From Dehalococcoidia bacterium (GTDB lineage Bacteria > Chloroflexota > Dehalococcoidia > Bin125): a DNA stretch of 64,000 bases. The stretch is taken from NCBI GenBank assembly GCA_963555985.3, contig OY820591.1, positions 736,001 to 800,000 on the forward strand, in the 5' to 3' direction. The notes beneath the pieces are model-generated. The model was given only the letters and a program-made list of their open reading frames with translations, was not told the DNA's origin and ran no database searches. The position numbers and the translations under genes were made by a program. Positions 51,180-60,620 of this stretch are shown piece after piece (within the stretch, counting starts at the first letter, position 1; every line of letters starts with the position of its first letter).

Positions 51180-52883
51180 GTGCGTCCGGCCGCAGTGCTC
51201 GCTGCCGCGCTGCTCGCCGCCATCGGCTGGTTCAGCGTCGCGGCCTCCGCGTCCCAGACAGCGACGCTCAGCCTGCAATCCGGCCAAAACGCCGTCACCT
51301 GGAACGGCGCGGAACCGTATCCGATCGCGGATTTCGCCGATACGCCGGTCACGCACGTTCACCGCTGGGATGCGGTGGGACAAGAGTGGCTGTCGCATTT
51401 CGTGGGACAGGCCGATCCGACGCTGCCCGAGTTGCACCTGCTGCCGCGCGCCCAGTATCTGCTGTTCGCTGAGGCGGATTATGAGCTTGACGTGCTCAAT
51501 CCGCTCGCGGGAATCGATCCGCACGCCGACCTGCGCATGGCCGAGCCGCCGGACGATCCGCTCCGCTTCGAGGCCTACTGGCCCAACGAGGACAGTCCGT
51601 TGGAGGACCTGATCGTCCTGCGTCCCGATGACGAGCGATTGTCGGTCAAGGCTGAAGTGGCGGGCGGCGTCGGCGAGGTTGAGGTGTATTGGGTCTTGGA
51701 CGGTCGGCTGAACCATCAGGGGATGGCGTCGAACGACGTGGAGTTGCTACCGGGCAAGCACGATGATGCGCGGTTGAGTGCTGTTGATGCAACCGGTCAA
51801 GCGGTTGTGGTCAAGCTGCCACGCGTGGTGAAGCTGCTCCCGTTGGAGCTGCCTGAAATGACACATGGAATGTTCGCCTTTATGGGCGCGCTGCATCGCT
51901 TTACTGATGCTGAGGTCAAAGTATCGATCGAGGAGATCGCGAACGCAGGGTTCAATCTCCTCGTACACCCGATATGGCAGTGGGGCGCCGCCGGCCAACG
52001 ATCGCCGGGCGCCCCCTACGCAGTCAACTTGCAGCGCCTCGGCTACACGACCGACCTGGCGTTGGCAAATGGCCTGAGCGTGCTGTTGCTCGCCGCTAAT
52101 GAGCCCGCCTGGGCTACACGGGCAGACCTACGCATTCACGACTATTGGGACGTCGGCTTGGCTACCGATCTGCATCTGCTACAAGACACCTTGAGGCTCT
52201 TCTCTGCGCGTCATCCTAAGATCAAGTACTGGTGGGTATCACACGAGTCGAATCTCAACCATTTCTTCGTGACGCTCGATCCACACACGGATGTGGAGCG
52301 CATTCGCATGAGTGCGCTCGGCGTATGGTACGAGAATCCATCAGCGGCGATCATCGCGAATGGACTAGTTCCAGTCGATTATCCGCAGGGGACCTATGTG
52401 GATTGCCCCGACTGGCACGACGAGCCCGATTGTGCCGCTGATGCGGAAGAGTACCTGCAAGCCTTGTACGACTACGGCTTCCGCCGGTGGACAGATATCG
52501 TTGCGTATCATCCCAATTCGAGCTTTCAAGCAGTCGTGCAACAAACCGCGTTGGTGCGCGAAGTGATGGTCCGCAATGGCGATGGGGACGCCCCACTATG
52601 GGCTACATCGGTACTGATTCCTTCAGCGGATCGTGGCCACCAGGGGCTGAGTGACCAGCAGCGCGCTAATGAGATGGCGCGGGCGATTCAGTGGCTGGAC
52701 GAACATCCCCATGTGAGCGGGCAAATCATATTCAACTTCCGCGAAACGCTTTTTGACCGACCGCTGTTCTGGGGCCTGGTAGAGCGAGACTTTGTGAATG
52801 GCCAGCCCGTTCCCACGCCCACCTGGACCGCCGTCGTCGAGTTCCTCCAGCGGCAACGTGAGCAGAGCGCGGCGAACGAGTGA
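51180..52883 (+). CDS. Secreted protein with C-terminal clan-A glycoside hydrolase-like domain
   Basis: Signal peptide; WWVSHESN, DIVAYHP, NGDGDAPLWAT, FWGLV resemble GH5/GH39-like barrels. Confidence 0.6.
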   Translation: MRPAAVLAAALLAAIGWFSVAASASQTATLSLQSGQNAVTWNGAEPYPIADFADTPVTHVHRWDAVGQEWLSHFVGQADPTLPELHLLPRAQYLLFAEADYELDVLNPLAGIDPHADLRMAEPPDDPLRFEAYWPNEDSPLEDLIVLRPDDERLSVKAEVAGGVGEVEVYWVLDGRLNHQGMASNDVELLPGKHDDARLSAVDATGQAVVVKLPRVVKLLPLELPEMTHGMFAFMGALHRFTDAEVKVSIEEIANAGFNLLVHPIWQWGAAGQRSPGAPYAVNLQRLGYTTDLALANGLSVLLLAANEPAWATRADLRIHDYWDVGLATDLHLLQDTLRLFSARHPKIKYWWVSHESNLNHFFVTLDPHTDVERIRMSALGVWYENPSAAIIANGLVPVDYPQGTYVDCPDWHDEPDCAADAEEYLQALYDYGFRRWTDIVAYHPNSSFQAVVQQTALVREVMVRNGDGDAPLWATSVLIPSADRGHQGLSDQQRANEMARAIQWLDEHPHVSGQIIFNFRETLFDRPLFWGLVERDFVNGQPVPTPTWTAVVEFLQRQREQSAANE

Positions 52884-52904
52884 CCCGTTCTTCCCAAGCC
52901 GCGG

Positions 52905-53306
52905 TCAAGCAGCGAGGTCAACCCGGCGTGGTCGTCCTTGGAGGGACGTGCGAAACACGAAGGGGTGCTCCTCTGCGTCAATCCGGCGCAGCCAGTCCAT
53001 CCGCCGGACGATGAAGGAGAGCACGTCGTAGTTCACCGCGTCGCCCGGCTCGAGGATCACCAGTCCGGCGGCGTGTTCGACCACTGCTGCGCGTTCCAGC
53101 GGACGAGTCAAGATCGCCTGATCCTGCGTCAGGGCCAGCCAGCCGTGCAGGCCGGCATCGCGTATCCACACCACGTCCGGAATTTCGAGACCATGCTGCG
53201 GAGTCTCGCGGTATTGGTCCACGAGCGTGACGCATTCGAGCGCGGGCGCTTTCACCAGGCCCAACGCACGGGCGACACGGGTACCGAGGTCCGCGTCGAA
53301 GAACAA
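52905..53306 (-). CDS. VapC45-like PIN toxin
   Basis: FFDADLG, PDVVWI..AG..GW..LTQD..I. Confidence 0.75.
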   Translation of the reverse strand: MFFDADLGTRVARALGLVKAPALECVTLVDQYRETPQHGLEIPDVVWIRDAGLHGWLALTQDQAILTRPLERAAVVEHAAGLVILEPGDAVNYDVLSFIVRRMDWLRRIDAEEHPFVFRTSLQGRPRRVDLAA

Positions 53307-53308
53307 GG

Positions 53309-54007
53309 TCAGGCTGCGGTCTTGAACTTGATCACCGCTTCCGCGAGTGCGATCGGCAGGCGCAGGTCGTCGGTGATGTCCTCCGCCGTGTAGCCCTGCT
53401 CAATTCGCGCGAACACGGCCGCGGCCCGGATGTTGGTGCCCGCCACGGTTAGGCGTCCGCTGCCGTACACGGGGTCAATCACCAGCGGCGCGTCTCGCCC
53501 GTGCGGGTGATACCGCCGCGCCCACCCGTTTCCCTGATCGTCCGAGTAGTCGAACCGCTCCAGCGCCTCCGTGAAGTAGAACGGCAGCGCCTTCCTGCCG
53601 GCTTCGAGGCTGAAGTCGGCGAGCACATCGCCGGACCGACGGCTGGGCGACTGTTGCTCGAGGTCGAGCAAAATTCGGAGACTCGCGAGTTTGAACTGGC
53701 GCGTCGCCAAGGGGTACTCGTTGCCTATCCGGGTGCGCGTAAATTCGCGCGCGGTGCGGAGTCTGGCCATCGAGGCGCCGTTCCGGCGCAGAAGCGCGGC
53801 GACGATCGTCTCGCTCACTTCCAGAAAGGAGAGGCGAACTTCGCCGCCGCCGTCGCGGAGCCGATCGGCGAACAGCGGCGTCTGCTCCGATCCGGCGCGA
53901 CCGCGAAACCAGTAGCTCACGGTCTGCGTCGAGACACCCGCCAGCTCGGCCGCCTCGTTGAGGCGGTAGGTGGGCTGGGTCAGATGCTGTTCGAGCGGGG
54001 AGATCAC
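53309..54007 (-). CDS. VapB45-like HTH + DUF433 antitoxin
   Basis: Y...EAA..AGVS..T...W, LSFLE, IDPVYGSGRLTVAGTNI. Confidence 0.8.
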   Translation of the reverse strand: MISPLEQHLTQPTYRLNEAAELAGVSTQTVSYWFRGRAGSEQTPLFADRLRDGGGEVRLSFLEVSETIVAALLRRNGASMARLRTAREFTRTRIGNEYPLATRQFKLASLRILLDLEQQSPSRRSGDVLADFSLEAGRKALPFYFTEALERFDYSDDQGNGWARRYHPHGRDAPLVIDPVYGSGRLTVAGTNIRAAAVFARIEQGYTAEDITDDLRLPIALAEAVIKFKTAA

Positions 54008-54059
54008 GGCTCGGTTCCTCCCAACCCTGATCCTACCGTAGGGGTGCCGCTCCAACCGC

Positions 54060-55280
54060 CTAGCTCAACGCGCCGGAGGCGGCGAGGGCTGCGATCTCCC
54101 CGTCGCTTAGACCCAGGACTTCGCGCAGGATGAGCTCGTTGTGTTCGCCGTACTGAGGGGCGGGACGCTCGGGTTGTGCGGGCGTGTCGGAGAGGATGTA
54201 GCGGGGGGCTTCGACGACGGTTTCGCCGTGGAGGGCGTGGGGGAGGCGGCGGAAGTGGTTGCGGTGGGCGAGCTGTGGGTCGTTGGCGGCGTCTTCGGTG
54301 GTAGAGAGTTCGTGCGCCGAGATCGCCAATGCTTGCAACTCCGACTCGACTGCTTTCGCGCTGTGTTGCAGCGTCCAGTTCGATACGTTCCGGTCCAACT
54401 CGCGGCGTTGTTGTAAGCGCTCGTCCAGGGTCATGTCCGGTGAGGCTGCAATGATTGGGGCGAACTTTCGCCATTGATCATCGTTCGAGATGGCAATCGC
54501 CACCCAAGACTCACTCCGGCCTGCGGGGGGAGCGCAGGGATAGACGCCGTGCGGCGCCATCTGGGGGTCGTCGTTGCCGCGCCGTTCGAGGGCGGGGCCG
54601 CCGTTCATGTGGTCGATCAGCGCGGGCGCGAGCAGTTGCAGGGTGCACTCGGCTTGGGCCTGATCGATGAAGACGCCTTGGCCGGTGCGCCGGCGGTGAT
54701 CGAGCGCGGCCAGCAGCGCAGTGAGCGCGAAACGTGGGGCGGGATAGTCGGTGTAGGGACCGAACGGACCCGCCGGCGCGCGATCGGGCCAGCCGGTGAG
54801 GTATTGGACGCCGGCCATGCCCGCGCCCTGGCTGCCGAAGCCGCTGACCTGGTTGTAGGGGCCGGTCTGACCGAGCAGGGTGCTGCTGAGCATGATCAGG
54901 TCGGGCTTGAGCTGGCGCAGATGCTCATAGTCAAGCTGCCAGCGCGCGAGCACGCCGGCCGTGAAGGACTCGCAGACGATATCGGCCCAGAGCGCGAGTT
55001 TGCGGAAGATGTCTTGCGCTTCGGGGATGCGCAGGTCGAGCGTCAGCCCCCATTTGCCCGCGTTGACGTTGCCGTACAGACCGGAGTTCTCCACGCCCGG
55101 CTCGTCGCGGTGGAACGGCCCCACCACACGGGCGGTATCGACGCGGCTGGGCGATTCGACCCGGATTACGGTTGCGCCGTAGTCGGCCATTGCGCGGCCC
55201 ACGGTCGGCCCGGCCACGATCCAACTCAGATCGAGGATCTTGACGCCGGCGAGCGGTCCCGTGCCTGTGGGGAGCGTCAT
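54060..55280 (-). CDS. Family III CoA-transferase, Asp-containing subunit
   Basis: PLAGVKILDLSW, NAGKW, PYTDY, APHGVYPC; true start MTLPTG overlaps upstream stop. Confidence 0.9.
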   Translation of the reverse strand: MTLPTGTGPLAGVKILDLSWIVAGPTVGRAMADYGATVIRVESPSRVDTARVVGPFHRDEPGVENSGLYGNVNAGKWGLTLDLRIPEAQDIFRKLALWADIVCESFTAGVLARWQLDYEHLRQLKPDLIMLSSTLLGQTGPYNQVSGFGSQGAGMAGVQYLTGWPDRAPAGPFGPYTDYPAPRFALTALLAALDHRRRTGQGVFIDQAQAECTLQLLAPALIDHMNGGPALERRGNDDPQMAPHGVYPCAPPAGRSESWVAIAISNDDQWRKFAPIIAASPDMTLDERLQQRRELDRNVSNWTLQHSAKAVESELQALAISAHELSTTEDAANDPQLAHRNHFRRLPHALHGETVVEAPRYILSDTPAQPERPAPQYGEHNELILREVLGLSDGEIAALAASGALS

Positions 55281-56515
55281 AGCACGCCCTCCGTCTCCAA
55301 CTCGCGGAGCTCGCCGCCGGATAGACCGAGCTCGGCGTAGAGCTCGTTGTTGTGCTGTCCGATCGTGGGCGGCGGGCGGCGGTTGTAGCCGAAGCGTTCG
55401 CCGTCGATGAAGATGTTCAGGGGCGGCCCTGGATAGGTGATGGCGCGGCCGTCCGAGTGCTCGATTTGCCGCCAGAAGTTGCGCGCTTCGAGTTGCTTGC
55501 TCTGGGCGAGGTCGACGATAGTCAGGACGGGCACGAGCAAGAGGTCGTATTCGATTGAGATGTTGAGCATTTCCTGTTTCGTTCTGGTTGCGACCTGTTC
55601 GCGCATGGCCTGTTGGACGCGGGGAAACAGTTCCGGATCGGCGTCGCCGGAGAGGGCGCGCTCGGCGTAGGTGACGAAGTTCTCTTCGAGCAAGCTGGTG
55701 TCCATCGCACCGGTGTCCACCAGCCACTGAGCCGCGTGGTTGGCGAAGTGCCCGACCGCCGGTCCGGGCGCCATCATCAGGACGATGTGGCCGTTGGTCA
55801 CATCGGCCGTGCCGCGAATGCTCTGGCCGCGAATCTTGACGCCGCCGCCGTAGCGCTCGGGGTCGACCGCGCCGAGTTGATAGGCGAGGACTTGAGAGAG
55901 GGTCGCCTGGGCTGCGGAAACCTGGGCGGAGACATCGACATGTTGCCCCTGTCCGGTTTGGTGACGGGCGTGGAGCGCGAGCATCGCGCCGCCGGCCGCA
56001 TCGGCGGCGGCGTGTCCCCAGGCTTGGGGCTGGGAGACGCGCACGGGCGCGCGGTCGTCGTCGCCGGTCATCAGCAGCGGCGTACCGGCGGCCCAGATTG
56101 CGAGGTCGGAGCCGACGTAGTGCGCCTTGGGTCCGGTCTGGCCGAAGGCGGAGATCGAGGCGTAGATCAGGTTGGGGTTCCGCGCGTGGAGGGTCTCGTA
56201 GTCGAGACCGAGCGCGGCCATGCGGCCGACATCGGACGATTCGAGCAGGAAGTCGGCGCTCTCGGCCAGGCGCAGCAGCAGTTCGCGTCCGCGCTCGTCG
56301 TCGAGGTTGCAGGTGATGCCGCGCTTGCCTCGGGTGTAGGCGGCCCAATAGGTGGACTCGTGCGGAGGTTGGGCGAAGAAGGGGGCGACTGCGCGCGCTG
56401 AAGAGCCGACGGGCGGTTCGACCTGGATCACGTCTGCGCCGAGGTCGGCGAGCATCTGTCCGGCGAGGAGGCCGCGCTCGTCGGTGAGGTCGAGGACTCG
56501 GTAGGGAGAGAGCAT
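55277..56515 (-). CDS. Family III CoA-transferase, subunit lacking the catalytic Asp
   Basis: LSPYRVLDLTD, LADLGADVI.VEPP, RGKR, GQGQHVDVS. Confidence 0.9.
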   Translation of the reverse strand: MLSPYRVLDLTDERGLLAGQMLADLGADVIQVEPPVGSSARAVAPFFAQPPHESTYWAAYTRGKRGITCNLDDERGRELLLRLAESADFLLESSDVGRMAALGLDYETLHARNPNLIYASISAFGQTGPKAHYVGSDLAIWAAGTPLLMTGDDDRAPVRVSQPQAWGHAAADAAGGAMLALHARHQTGQGQHVDVSAQVSAAQATLSQVLAYQLGAVDPERYGGGVKIRGQSIRGTADVTNGHIVLMMAPGPAVGHFANHAAQWLVDTGAMDTSLLEENFVTYAERALSGDADPELFPRVQQAMREQVATRTKQEMLNISIEYDLLLVPVLTIVDLAQSKQLEARNFWRQIEHSDGRAITYPGPPLNIFIDGERFGYNRRPPPTIGQHNNELYAELGLSGGELRELETEGVL

Positions 56516-56538
56516 TGCTGGAGGGTAGCGGCAGTTGG

Positions 56539-57321
56539 CTAACGACTCTGCTGCGGACGGCCCTCGCCCGGTGGGCCGGCGAAGGCTTGGGCGACTTGGA
56601 GGAACTCTTCGGCTGGGCCGGAGGTGTAGCTGAGCGCCGTGTCTTTGTAGTGGATGCGCTGGGTGACGACGCGGCAGAAGTCGGGGGCTGTGCCTTGCAC
56701 TCGGTTGGGGGCGTCTTCGTCGCCGCGCGACCAGGGCGCGCCGGAGGGGAGGCTGAGTTCGACGCGCAGCGGTTCCGCGTTCGGTTCGAGACCGCGTGTC
56801 TGGTAGGCGAACTGGCGGGTGATGTAGCCGAGGTGGGCGATGTGTTGGAGGCGGTCGGAGTGGACTGGCTCAACGCCGGCGCCGTCGAGCGCATCGAGTC
56901 CGTGCGACCAGCACTCCATCAGGCGGGCGGTGGCGAAGGAGCGGGCGCTCATGGGCGGTCCGGCCCAAGGCAGGCGCTGGCGCGCGTCGAGCGGGCGCAG
57001 GGCGTCCTGCAAGCGTTGCCTCGCCGCTCGCCACCAATCGACGAGTTGGAGCCGGGTCATGTGGCGGGAGCTGTCCTGCAAAGCCGAGCGGGTGCCGTCT
57101 TGGGAGCGTTCGCCCGCTGCCATCTGGCGGGCGGCGCCCGAGGCGACGGCGGCGGCGCTGTCGTCGACCTCGGCCAGGTGCGCGATCACGTCGCGCACCA
57201 TCCAGCCTCGACAAGGGGTGTCGTGCTGCCAGTCGGAGTCGGGCAGGTCGGCGAGTTGCGCGTCGAGGTAGCGCTGTTCGGCGACGAGGTCGTCAAGGAG
57301 TTGCTGGTAAGGGTCGGGCAT
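56539..57321 (-). CDS. MDMPI/DinB-like metal-binding protein (TIGR03084-like)
   Basis: TPCRGWMVRDVIAHLA, LPWAGPPMS..SF.TARLME.W.HG.D, DFCRVVTQR. Confidence 0.85.
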   Translation of the reverse strand: MPDPYQQLLDDLVAEQRYLDAQLADLPDSDWQHDTPCRGWMVRDVIAHLAEVDDSAAAVASGAARQMAAGERSQDGTRSALQDSSRHMTRLQLVDWWRAARQRLQDALRPLDARQRLPWAGPPMSARSFATARLMECWSHGLDALDGAGVEPVHSDRLQHIAHLGYITRQFAYQTRGLEPNAEPLRVELSLPSGAPWSRGDEDAPNRVQGTAPDFCRVVTQRIHYKDTALSYTSGPAEEFLQVAQAFAGPPGEGRPQQSR

Positions 57322-57409
57322 GGGGCGCTCCAATCCAGTTTGCAGGGTAGGGCCGCCCCCTCTACTTTCGGCGTCTCCCCCTGCGAGAGACGGATGCATA
57401 ACCCATATC

Positions 57410-57632
57410 CGTCATTCCCGCGCAGGGAGACTTTTGCGTGGATCAAAGATCGTCATACCCGCGCTTGCCGCGGGTATCTCGCCGTGATCTGCACCGTCGT
57501 CGCGCACACGACGAGATTGCCGCGGCGGAGCGCGGCAATGACGGAGAACATCGACTTTCGCAAAGCTCTCCGCAGGCGGGAATCCATGCCCACCAGATAC
57601 GCCTTGTGGATTTCTACCTGTGCGGGAGTGAC
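57410..57632. repeat. REP cluster with nested MITE (57426-57571)
   Basis: gtcattcccgc-GCAG[ggagac...ctctcc]GCAG-gcgggaatcc; 4-bp duplication. Confidence 0.75.
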
Positions 57633-57749
57633 GAGTTCAGCTGATCGTAGGCTGATGCATCAGTCTTTATGAGCGGGAGGGGAGGGATAGAGATGTGCAA
57701 ATTGAAGGTAGTACTTTCATTTTGCGCAGTTTGCCGATGTCTTCTGGGC

Positions 57750-57902
57750 GATCCGGTGGTCGCCGATCTGATCCCGGAGATCAATGCCCGCGCGGTTGTC
57801 TACGGGGGGTCTGAGCGTCAGTCGCGGAGCGACGGTGAGGTGTTGCCGCTGTCGGACGTGGGCGAGCTGTTGGAGGGGTTTGAGGCTGGGATGCGGGAGT
57901 AG
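57750..57902 (+). pseudogene. Possible C-terminal fragment of an AAA_14/DUF4143 ATPase
   Basis: AVVYGGSERQSRSDGEVLPL resembles DUF4143 C-termini (from memory); no upstream part. Confidence 0.4.
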
Positions 57903-58010
57903 GGTCTGGTTGCAGAGCGAGAAGTCTGCGGGGTTGCGGTGGTCGTGGCGAGTTGCTGGTTGGTGGCGATGGCTCCCATCTGTTGCGCGTCTTCGGATCC
58001 TCTTGCCTAG

Positions 58011-58201
58011 CTGCCTGGCAGCTGCTTCACCGAATCCGCAAGGCGCTCGAATCGGGCGAACTGGCCATGTTTGAGGGGGGACGTAGAGGTAGACGAGACT
58101 TACGTCGGCGGCGCGAGAAGAACAAGCACCAGAGCAAGCGGCTCAAATCTGGTCGCGGGACGCAGGGCAATCGCCTCCGCTACGCGGACCTGGTCAGCTA
58201 G
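58011..58201 (+). pseudogene. IS1595-family transposase relic
   Basis: AWQLLHRIRKAL, then VEVDETYVGG in a shifted frame, KNKH..KR...GRG, and NRLRYADL end; frameshifts and internal deletion. Confidence 0.8.
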
Positions 58202-58258
58202 TCGCTAAACTCACTCCATTAAGGTGTGCGTATAACGGAGCGAGTTTAGGAGGCGCGC

Positions 58259-58915
58259 ATGGCATCATCTCTAGAACTCAGGCTTGCCATTGTCGAGCTG
58301 CATCAGGCGGGCAAACTGCCAATCGAGGTGACGGCTGAGGATCACGTTGAGCTGCTGACCCAAATCGGCGTACAGGCCAACGCCCGCCGAATCGGGAGAG
58401 CGCTTATCGCACTTCGCTTCGAGGTCGTCAGCCAAAAGAGACAGCGCAAATGCAGATGCCGGACCAGTCAATGCGATTGGCCGCTCGAGCAACGCTGCCG
58501 CGCGCCGCGCAAACGGTCTGACGGCAAGGCCAGGAAGAGCCATATGGTCGTGGTCCGCCCGCGCGTTTGGCGACGCCCGTTGGCATGGTCGCCCGAAGTC
58601 CACGCCCAGCTCAGGTTGAGCCGTTCGCACGCGCTCAAGTCGAATCAGGTGGCCCGCGCTTCCGATGTGGCGTTTCACAATGGAGAACTGCTCAACAAGG
58701 CAATCGACCACGCGCTTACGTCACGCGACGCTCCGCTCGACCATCGTGGTATTCTTAAGGCCGCGATCAAGGAGGTCGTCGACGACCTCTGGGAAGATGC
58801 GATTCCACGGCGAGAGCTCGCCGAGTGGCTTGGGGAAGACCCGACGGTTATGAACCGAGCCGGCCTAGAGTCACGGACCAGGGGGCTTGTCCGCCTGGCC
58901 ACCAGCAGGGAGTAA
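58259..58915 (+). CDS. Hypothetical protein (possible IS passenger)
   Basis: aggagg SD, 218 aa, basic, C.C...C....C cluster, atypical codons. Confidence 0.6.
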   Translation: MASSLELRLAIVELHQAGKLPIEVTAEDHVELLTQIGVQANARRIGRALIALRFEVVSQKRQRKCRCRTSQCDWPLEQRCRAPRKRSDGKARKSHMVVVRPRVWRRPLAWSPEVHAQLRLSRSHALKSNQVARASDVAFHNGELLNKAIDHALTSRDAPLDHRGILKAAIKEVVDDLWEDAIPRRELAEWLGEDPTVMNRAGLESRTRGLVRLATSRE

Positions 58916-58924
58916 GGAGTTTCT

Positions 58925-59347
58925 ATGTCCCTGTCCATCTCTCGGAGGCGCGAAGCGTGCCTCAAGTACCTGCAAAACGACTTCGATACCGATCGCACGA
59001 TTGCCTGGGTGTTGAAGGAGTTCGCCAACGAATCGGCGTTTCAGAACGCCACGCACAAGGATCGCCTCGCCCGCAACATCATCACGATGGGCGGCTCCGG
59101 CGACCAGCAGCAGTTGAACTGCGTCGCTTTCCAGCAGGCGCTTAGTCAGCATGTCGAAGCCATCCTGGATCGGCGCAATGCCGAAGACCGCAAGGCGCTG
59201 ATCGACGTGCGCGAGCAGAACAAGACGCTGAACGCGCGGAACAGCGAACTGCATCAACGGGTCGATCAGCTCAATGGTGAGCTTCGGGACTTGATGTCCC
59301 GTGCGCACGAAGCGGAACAACTCCAGATCGGGGCTGGTTCCGCCTAA
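58925..59347 (+). CDS. Hypothetical coiled-coil protein (possible IS passenger)
   Basis: taaggag SD, 140 aa, C-terminal heptads. Confidence 0.65.
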   Translation: MSLSISRRREACLKYLQNDFDTDRTIAWVLKEFANESAFQNATHKDRLARNIITMGGSGDQQQLNCVAFQQALSQHVEAILDRRNAEDRKALIDVREQNKTLNARNSELHQRVDQLNGELRDLMSRAHEAEQLQIGAGSA

Positions 59348-59432
59348 TCAGGCCGCTCGCCGTGGAATCCGAGCGGTCAGAAGTCCGTGCTCTGACTGAC
59401 AGCAGTGGGCAACTCTGCCATGTAACCCTGCC

Positions 59433-59700
59433 TGCAAAAGTCCACTCCAGACGGCCGACGCCTCGGAGGAGCGGATCGCGCGATGTGAAGTTGGCGGTAC
59501 GACCAGATGTGGAGATGGCTTCGGACTTGAGAGATTCGTGATTCCTGCCTGCGCAGGAATGACGAATCTGGGGATTTTGCAAAGGCCTCCGCAGGCGGGG
59601 ATCACTCGCTGTGATCTGCACCGTCGTCGCGCACATGGCGAGATTGCCCCCTGTTCAGGCCAGGGGCAGGCTGTGGCGGAGCGCGGCAATGACGGAGATA
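59433..59700. repeat. MITE/REP composite
   Basis: Homologous to 46658-46823; 59590-59690 repeated directly at 60780-60870. Confidence 0.75.
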
Positions 59701-59795
59701 GGGGGCGAGGACGACAGAGCAGTGCGGGAATGATCGAACGCATCAACATGAACGGCGACCTCACTCGGGCTTGGCCTGGATCTGAGTTCTCGCAA

Positions 59796-60101
59796 TCAGA
59801 TAGCGAGTTGGATGTAATTCGCATCGAAAACCGCTGAGGGCACGATTTCGATGTGCCAGGGGTTGTGCCAGACGAGCCAGTCACCGGGGTAGATCGTGGC
59901 TTCTGCGCGGTCGTAGTCGTGCCGGGGATCGTCGATGGTGATCTCGCCGAGGTAGGAAAAGGCTTGGATGCTCGCGTTGGTTGGGTTGAGGTGCAGGCAG
60001 CCGACGCCGGCGTTGGCGAGGTGGTTGAGCGCGCGGTTTGGCCCGTCCGGTTCGTAGCGGACTGCGTTGACGGTTTCGCCGTTGCGGGTGTATTGGCGCA
60101 T
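59796..60101 (-). CDS. Small phage-type hypothetical protein
   Basis: SD aggagg; Y......V.AVRY ... PGDWLV ... VF.ANY resembles a common phage family (K.VVIEA.Q...GDWII...F..TY). Confidence 0.6.
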   Translation of the reverse strand: MRQYTRNGETVNAVRYEPDGPNRALNHLANAGVGCLHLNPTNASIQAFSYLGEITIDDPRHDYDRAEATIYPGDWLVWHNPWHIEIVPSAVFDANYIQLAI

Positions 60102-60289
60102 GTGGCCCTCCTGGTGAACTGAGCGGACCGTATCGGGCCGAGCTCGTGGGATTGGCTTGTGAGCGCGGAATTGTGGGCCTTGTGTGGGCCGATGAACGGT
60201 GGCTCCCGCTGGGAGTAGGGAGGCGGGAGAACTGTCACAAAGTGACAGAGAGGGATCATCATCCCCACCCAAACCGACTATCGTGGCAC

Positions 60290-60303
60290 AGAACACCAGT
60301 CCT
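60290..60303. promoter_or_regulatory. Candidate LexA box
   Basis: AGAAC-ACCA-GTCCT, one mismatch to GAAC-N4-GTTC. Confidence 0.4.
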
Positions 60304-60516
60304 CGATAGTCAGAGGCGCGCCGATGCCCGAGCTTTTTCCCTTTCCCCTCCAACCACGCGCGAACACGCGCCCGAATTTATCCGAATTGATCGAGCGACA
60401 GCTGGAGATTTCCGAATGCCCCAAACTCGAATTCCCTGTCCAGGACAGGAAAAACGCAAATTCGACCCCAATAGATTTCGCGCCCGAACGCGAACATAAC
60501 GAGAATCCCGCCGGTG

Positions 60517-60611
60517 CGAATACCCCCAAACGAACCCGAACCTCCCCGAACAAGCCGAACACTTATCGAACGGAATCGACCAAAATCGAACGGAATCGAA
60601 CACCTGCGAAC
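60517..60611 (+). repeat. 10-bp-phased CGAA(C) array
   Basis: CGA at 60517, 60537, 60547, 60556, 60567, 60577, 60587, 60597, 60607. Confidence 0.75.
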
Positions 60612-60620
60612 GCTGCGTTT

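Noticed and set aside
54060-56894. 944-aa ORF as one protein
   Set aside because: The N-terminal 538 codons are an off-frame overlay of two real genes; the true start is ATG 55280
58205-58249. Integron attC site
   Set aside because: Only about 45 bp, ends fit RYYYAAC/GTTRRRY poorly, single copy, no integrase
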